A stretch of 64,000 nt of DNA, taken from assembly GCA_038206135.1 (NCBI GenBank), contig JBBRBD010000002.1, positions 66,896 through 130,895 of the forward strand. The letters run 5' to 3'. Made by a program: the position numbers and the translations under genes. The DNA is from Patescibacteria group bacterium. Lineage in GTDB: Bacteria; Patescibacteriota; Microgenomatia; UBA8517. Positions 59,850 through 64,000 of this stretch are shown in pieces. Every line of letters starts with the position of its first letter. The first letter of the stretch is position 1. The notes under the pieces were generated by a model. That model did not search any database, was not told where the DNA came from, and saw only the letters and a list, made by a program, of their open reading frames with translations.

Positions 59850-60392
59850 ATGATTTATACAAAAACAGGGGACAAAGGGAAGACCTCGCTTTTTGAACCA
59901 GATCCAAATAAACGAGTTCGCGTATCAAAGTCATCACTTCGCATAGAAGCAATTGGTGCAATCGATGAAGCAAACAGTTATTTAGGAATTGCGAATTTCC
60001 ACACTTCGAGCACGCAAACCAAGACATTTGTGAAAGCTATTCAGAAAAATTTATTTACTGTCGGAGCGATTCTTTCAAAAGCACAACTGAAAATAAATAA
60101 AGAAGATGTTATAGAGATCGAACGGAGAATTGACCGGATGGAGGAAAAACTCCCTCCGCTGCGAAACTTCGTAATGCCGGAAGGATCAGAATCCGCGGTT
60201 CACTTCATGTATGCCAGAAGTTTAATTCGAGCGGCCGAACGGCGGGTTGTTGCTGTATCAAAAAAAGAAACAATTTCAGCTGAAGTTTTGCAGTACTTAA
60301 ATCGACTGTCAGATTATTTGTTTGTGGTTTTCCGAGATGAGAATAAACGGGCAAAAGTAAGCGAAGAATTGTGGGTTGGGAAGAAACGCTAG
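59850..60392 (+). CDS. ATP:cob(I)alamin adenosyltransferase, PduO-type
   Basis: MIYTKTGDKGKTSL...RIEAIGAIDEANSYLG is the PduO/MMAB N-terminus. Confidence 0.8.
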   Translation: MIYTKTGDKGKTSLFEPDPNKRVRVSKSSLRIEAIGAIDEANSYLGIANFHTSSTQTKTFVKAIQKNLFTVGAILSKAQLKINKEDVIEIERRIDRMEEKLPPLRNFVMPEGSESAVHFMYARSLIRAAERRVVAVSKKETISAEVLQYLNRLSDYLFVVFRDENKRAKVSEELWVGKKR

Positions 60393-61831
60393 TTTTTACT
60401 AAACATTGTAAATGCTCCGACAATAATTGCACCTAAAAAAGTACCATATACGCTAGATTTTTGAGGTTGTTGGTATTCTTCCTTCTGTCCTTCTAATAAA
60501 TGTTTTTTGTAGTTCTCACCAACTGCGGCGCATTTAATACACCATCCGCAAATAACTTTTGTGGATTCACCACACTGGGTACATCTTCCGTCTAAACCTT
60601 CTTTGGAATATTGTGACTCTCTGGACTGAGTTGAAGAAGGGGACTCACATCCAAGTCCTTCTGATGCATATTTTGTTGCTGCGGTATAGTCACTATTTTG
60701 AGTTTTTCGCTCGTCAATATCTCCAACTTCAACACCAATACTTTCTGATATTGTAAGGGCGGCCTTTCCGATACTTCTTACCATCTTTCTAAGTGATTCA
60801 TCATCAACAGCTGAATTTACTTTTAGATAGTTTGAAAGATCTAGTATAATCGCATTTACTTCGTTGTTTGTTTGTAAGAAGCTTTTCTTTCTTAAACATT
60901 CTGAAATGTCATAAAAACTGAATGCTTTATCGAAAACGATATTTCTATCGCTAATTTTCATTCTATTCCATGCAGTATCACTATTTGCAATTTTCTGCAT
61001 TCTGTTTAAAACATCTTCAGGTGAAATACTCGTGTGCCGTAATATTGCCGTTTGTGAGATCTCTTTAATTAACTCGGTGTTTTCCTTTGAGCTAAATGGT
61101 TTTTCGCCTAATTCTTCCATAAGTGTTTTTATTTCATTAAGGCTTAAACTGGTTCTTAAAACGGTATCAATAATTTTTTTATCTACGATGTTTACCACAT
61201 GCATTTGACACTCCTCAAATGGTATTCCAGTTCCATTCCACCCTGAGGGGCTTCCATAAAAAACTGTGGAGTTATTATTTGATTCTAAAATTGCCTGTTC
61301 TAAATTGAGGACTCCATAAAAGCTCGCTCCTTCACGCTCTTTAAGAGAAACGTGAGAGTGCAGTGGTGAATTTGCATCATACCGCGGCATTACAACAGTT
61401 GGAACTTCATTAATATTTCTAATCTGGTATTCAGTTTGAAGAACTGGAGATCGATATAAAAACTCAGCGGCATATGCTCGGGTGTCAGTCTCGATTATTT
61501 CTGTAAATACGGAATTTATTTCCGGTCTTGTAAACCCTTGTAGGCTCATCGTCTTTTCTATTAGAATATATTTTGCAACTAAGCGTGAAGGACTAAATCC
61601 AGATATTCCCTCCATCAAAAACTCTTTATCATGCTCGAGAGGAGCTTCAGACATTACTTTGATCACATATTCATTTAGAGCATCTTTGTCTTTTTCTGCG
61701 TGAGAAGCATTCTCAGTAGTAATCGAAGTGGGATCAAAAAAACGTTCTTTTATCATTTTTTTCTTGCTCGAGATTTTATTCGCCTCAGGAGCGAAACGAT
61801 TGCTAGTTTTCCGACTATACGGTTGCGGCAC
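60389..61831 (-). CDS. Hypothetical tail-anchored protein with C-terminal zinc ribbon
   Basis: 480 aa with no recognisable catalytic motif. CTQCGESTKVICGWCIKC ribbon, then C-terminal TM VYGTFLGAIIVGAFTMF. The start may be an internal Met. Confidence 0.5.
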   Translation of the reverse strand: MPQPYSRKTSNRFAPEANKISSKKKMIKERFFDPTSITTENASHAEKDKDALNEYVIKVMSEAPLEHDKEFLMEGISGFSPSRLVAKYILIEKTMSLQGFTRPEINSVFTEIIETDTRAYAAEFLYRSPVLQTEYQIRNINEVPTVVMPRYDANSPLHSHVSLKEREGASFYGVLNLEQAILESNNNSTVFYGSPSGWNGTGIPFEECQMHVVNIVDKKIIDTVLRTSLSLNEIKTLMEELGEKPFSSKENTELIKEISQTAILRHTSISPEDVLNRMQKIANSDTAWNRMKISDRNIVFDKAFSFYDISECLRKKSFLQTNNEVNAIILDLSNYLKVNSAVDDESLRKMVRSIGKAALTISESIGVEVGDIDERKTQNSDYTAATKYASEGLGCESPSSTQSRESQYSKEGLDGRCTQCGESTKVICGWCIKCAAVGENYKKHLLEGQKEEYQQPQKSSVYGTFLGAIIVGAFTMFSKN

Positions 61832-61888
61832 AGCGTGGGAGTTACACCCACTTCCTTAAACACAATCTATAAGTATCTTTGTAGCACG

Positions 61889-62290
61889 ATGATTGCCCCA
61901 GTGCAACAAGGCATATACAATGAATTTATGAGTACCCCAGAATTAGTTCCAGAGCAGCCAAGGCAGCCTGATATACAGCCAAGAGTTGAGCAGCCGATTG
62001 TTCCTGAAACGCAACAGCAGCTCGGAGTTTCTGCTCCACCACAAGTACCTGACCCTGTTGTTACTGAGAACGAAGTACTCGCACAGCCAACGGCGACTGC
62101 TGTAACTCCAATTGAAGACACAACACCTTCCGTGACTGTTCCTATTGAAGTTGCGATGAGTGAAATAGAACTTGAAAAGGGCTCTCAGGGTCCATCTAAT
62201 TTAGCGGTTACCTGGCTTGATATGTTTTGGCTTCGTGAGGTTGGGAAAGCAGTTTCTAAAGGTTGGAGAATAATATTTGGACAAAAATAA
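61889..62290 (+). CDS. Small P/Q-rich protein
   Basis: Start trimmed to MIAPVQQGIY. Low-complexity PEQPRQPDIQPRVEQPIVPETQQQ, then a structured C-terminus (NLAVTWLDMFWLREVGKAVSKGWRIIFGQK). The stop lies 5 nt before the next ATG. Confidence 0.4.
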   Translation: MIAPVQQGIYNEFMSTPELVPEQPRQPDIQPRVEQPIVPETQQQLGVSAPPQVPDPVVTENEVLAQPTATAVTPIEDTTPSVTVPIEVAMSEIELEKGSQGPSNLAVTWLDMFWLREVGKAVSKGWRIIFGQK

Positions 62291-62295
62291 AATAT

Positions 62296-64000
62296 ATGCA
62301 GACACCATTTCCTAGTCCCGCCCAAAATCCTCTCGGAATAGATTTCGCTACTATTTTTTTAGCCTTATTCTTTTTTGCATTTCTATTTATAGCCATCATT
62401 ATTGGAATCTGGGTAGGAATTTATTTCTATCGTTTTAGAGACCGTGAAAAGCGTTCATTAAACTCGGTCCTTTTACAGGTAGCAGTCTCACGTTCAAATG
62501 AAATAAAAATTGATGCAATGGAGCAACTCTTCGCTGCACTATATTCAGTGAAAAAAGGAGGATGGAAGCAGCGGTTTAGTACACAGCCACAAATTTCTTT
62601 TGAAATTGTTGCAAAACCTGAGGACATCCGTTTTTATGTGTGGACTTATAAAAATTTGCAAGACTTAGTCGAAAAACAGATTCATGGAGCATATCCTGAG
62701 GCGGAAATTGTGGAAGTTCCTGAATACAATATATTTACTCCGGATGGCAAGGTGTCTTACAAGTCATTTCAATTAAAAAAAGAAAACTTCTACCCATTAA
62801 AGACATTCAAAGAATTACCGACAGACCCGTTAGCATCACTCACCTCAGCGCTCGCTAAAATGGGGGAAGGAGAAGGGGCAGCAATCCAACTTCTTGTCTC
62901 GCCTGTGGACAATAGTTGGAAAACTGGAGGAAGTTCTTTTATTTCAAATACTAAAAAACAGGAAAGTAATCCAGAGCAAGCAAAATACTCAACGCCTGCG
63001 AAAACACTTGAAGTTGTTGAAAATAAGATAGGAAAACCTGGGTTTGAAATTTCCCTTCGAGTTGTTGTTGTAGCTAAGACGGAAGAAGCTGCAAAGGTTC
63101 ATTTAGACAACATTTCAACCGCATTTTCACAATTCGATGGTGAATTCAATGGATTTGGAGGACGAAAAATTCGCCGGAAAACTGCATTTGTCGAAGATTT
63201 TGTATATAGATATCATCCGATGTTTGATGTGCTTGGAAACCATGCTTCAATTCTAAATTCAGAAGAAATTGCGACAGTGTTTCATTTTCCAAATAAACTT
63301 ATTACAACTCCGCACATTTTTTGGTTAACTGCAAAAAGTGCCCCCGCGCCCGCACAGATTGCAACCTCAGGACTGTATATGGGAGAGAACACCTATCGAG
63401 GGGTGAAGCGTCCTGTATACATGGGAGATGCAGATCGGCAGCGCCATACATATATTATCGGGAAGACTGGAACCGGGAAAACAAAATATCTATTGGAATT
63501 AATGAAGCAAGATATTAAAGCTGGACACGGACTTTGTTTCATTGATCCTCATGGAGACGCTGTTGAAGAACTTTTGCAATTTATTCCTCCTGAGAGGGCT
63601 GAGGACGTTATTTATTTCCGTCCTTCAGATGTTGAACGACCAATGGGCTTAAACCTTTTGGAGGCAAAGACAGAAGATCAAAAGCACTTTGTTACTACAT
63701 CCGTTATCAACCTCATGTATAAACTATTTGATCCATATAAAACTGGAATTGTTGGACCACGATTTGAGCATGCCGTTCGGAACGCAATGCTTACCGTTAT
63801 GAGTGAGCCTGGGAATACTTTCATTGAAGTAATGCGTGTCTTAACTGATGTGAATTATGTGAAAGAGCTACTTCCCAAAGTAACTGATCCGATTGTTAGA
63901 CGCTATTGGACTGATCAAATTGCCCAGACTTCTGATTTTCACAAATCAGAGACACTCGACTACATTACTTCTAAGTTCGGTCGTTTTGTAACTAATAAAA
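62296..64000 (+). CDS. Membrane-anchored HerA/VirB4-like (DUF87/AAA_10-type) P-loop ATPase, 3'-partial. Absent from the supplied ORF track.
   Basis: Translated by eye, 568 codons with no in-frame stop to the window end. N-terminal TM (IDFATIFLALFFFAFLFIAIIIGIWVGIYFY), approx. 350-aa N-domain, Walker A IIGKTGTGKT (nt approx. 63457-63486), then FIDPHGD (63541-63561). Confidence 0.7.
   Translation, partial: MQTPFPSPAQNPLGIDFATIFLALFFFAFLFIAIIIGIWVGIYFYRFRDREKRSLNSVLLQVAVSRSNEIKIDAMEQLFAALYSVKKGGWKQRFSTQPQISFEIVAKPEDIRFYVWTYKNLQDLVEKQIHGAYPEAEIVEVPEYNIFTPDGKVSYKSFQLKKENFYPLKTFKELPTDPLASLTSALAKMGEGEGAAIQLLVSPVDNSWKTGGSSFISNTKKQESNPEQAKYSTPAKTLEVVENKIGKPGFEISLRVVVVAKTEEAAKVHLDNISTAFSQFDGEFNGFGGRKIRRKTAFVEDFVYRYHPMFDVLGNHASILNSEEIATVFHFPNKLITTPHIFWLTAKSAPAPAQIATSGLYMGENTYRGVKRPVYMGDADRQRHTYIIGKTGTGKTKYLLELMKQDIKAGHGLCFIDPHGDAVEELLQFIPPERAEDVIYFRPSDVERPMGLNLLEAKTEDQKHFVTTSVINLMYKLFDPYKTGIVGPRFEHAVRNAMLTVMSEPGNTFIEVMRVLTDVNYVKELLPKVTDPIVRRYWTDQIAQTSDFHKSETLDYITSKFGRFVTNK

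Overview
This window looks like an AT-rich, gene-dense bacterial fragment with the hallmarks of a Candidate Phyla Radiation / Patescibacteria genome. That placement is an inference from content: many small proteins, archaeal-type triosephosphate isomerase, split transketolase, class II (B12) ribonucleotide reductase with NrdR, and two tandem class-A PBPs. About 75 CDS are supportable.

Main blocks, in order:
- SGNH hydrolase, DUF1801, ASCH, NUDIX and small membrane proteins.
- P-type Ca-ATPase, cupin, PhnB-like protein, PAP2 phosphatase, CLC channel, HxlR, LUD-domain protein, MscL with a zinc-ribbon tail, UppP, DedA.
- A GT2 processive synthase followed by a large surface protein, then DUF378, LCP, NUDIX, Ung.
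- MacA-like adaptor, MacB-like ABC ATPase and permease, an FeS-less HhH-GPD glycosylase, NRAMP.
- A glycolysis/pentose-phosphate supercluster: glutaredoxin-like, archaeal-type TIM, RpiB, PGK, GAPDH, RPE, LOG, transketolase N and C halves, then a DhnA-type class I aldolase.
- A 1210-aa modular secreted enzyme with duplicated terminal domains, an SGNH esterase domain and PT-rich linkers.
- A eukaryotic-type class I aldolase overlapping a PfkB kinase, a 2-hydroxyacid dehydrogenase, a beta-lactamase-like serine hydrolase and two PBP1A genes.
- nrdR, nrdJ and a PduO-type cobalamin adenosyltransferase.

Most worth a second look:
1. A translationally coupled pair at 53565-54703: a small all-alpha protein carrying an RNxxxH (HEPN-like) motif, followed by a CPBP/CAAX intramembrane protease.
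2. At the 3' edge, a 568-codon ORF (62296-64000, no stop in window) that the supplied ORF track omits. It encodes an N-terminally membrane-anchored HerA/VirB4-like P-loop ATPase. It is preceded by a P/Q-rich small protein and a divergent zinc-ribbon, tail-anchored 480-aa protein.
3. A 245-bp intergenic region (55815-56058) with a canonical terminator followed by three 8-bp-stem tetraloop hairpins. Two are homologous copies with compensatory base changes, which suggests a structured RNA.
4. A GC-rich, Ala-rich ORF (87-602), probably horizontally acquired, driven by the same leaderless extended -10 promoter (TGATATAAT, 7 nt, ATG) as the native gene at 1686.
5. Three SD- or terminator-supported small ORFs below the track's 60-aa cutoff: an RHH-like protein, a Cys-rich 52-aa protein and a 37-aa zinc-ribbon peptide.

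No rRNA, CRISPR array or transposase was recognised. Limited manual scanning for tRNA T-loops in the larger intergenic regions found none, but tRNAs were not systematically excluded.
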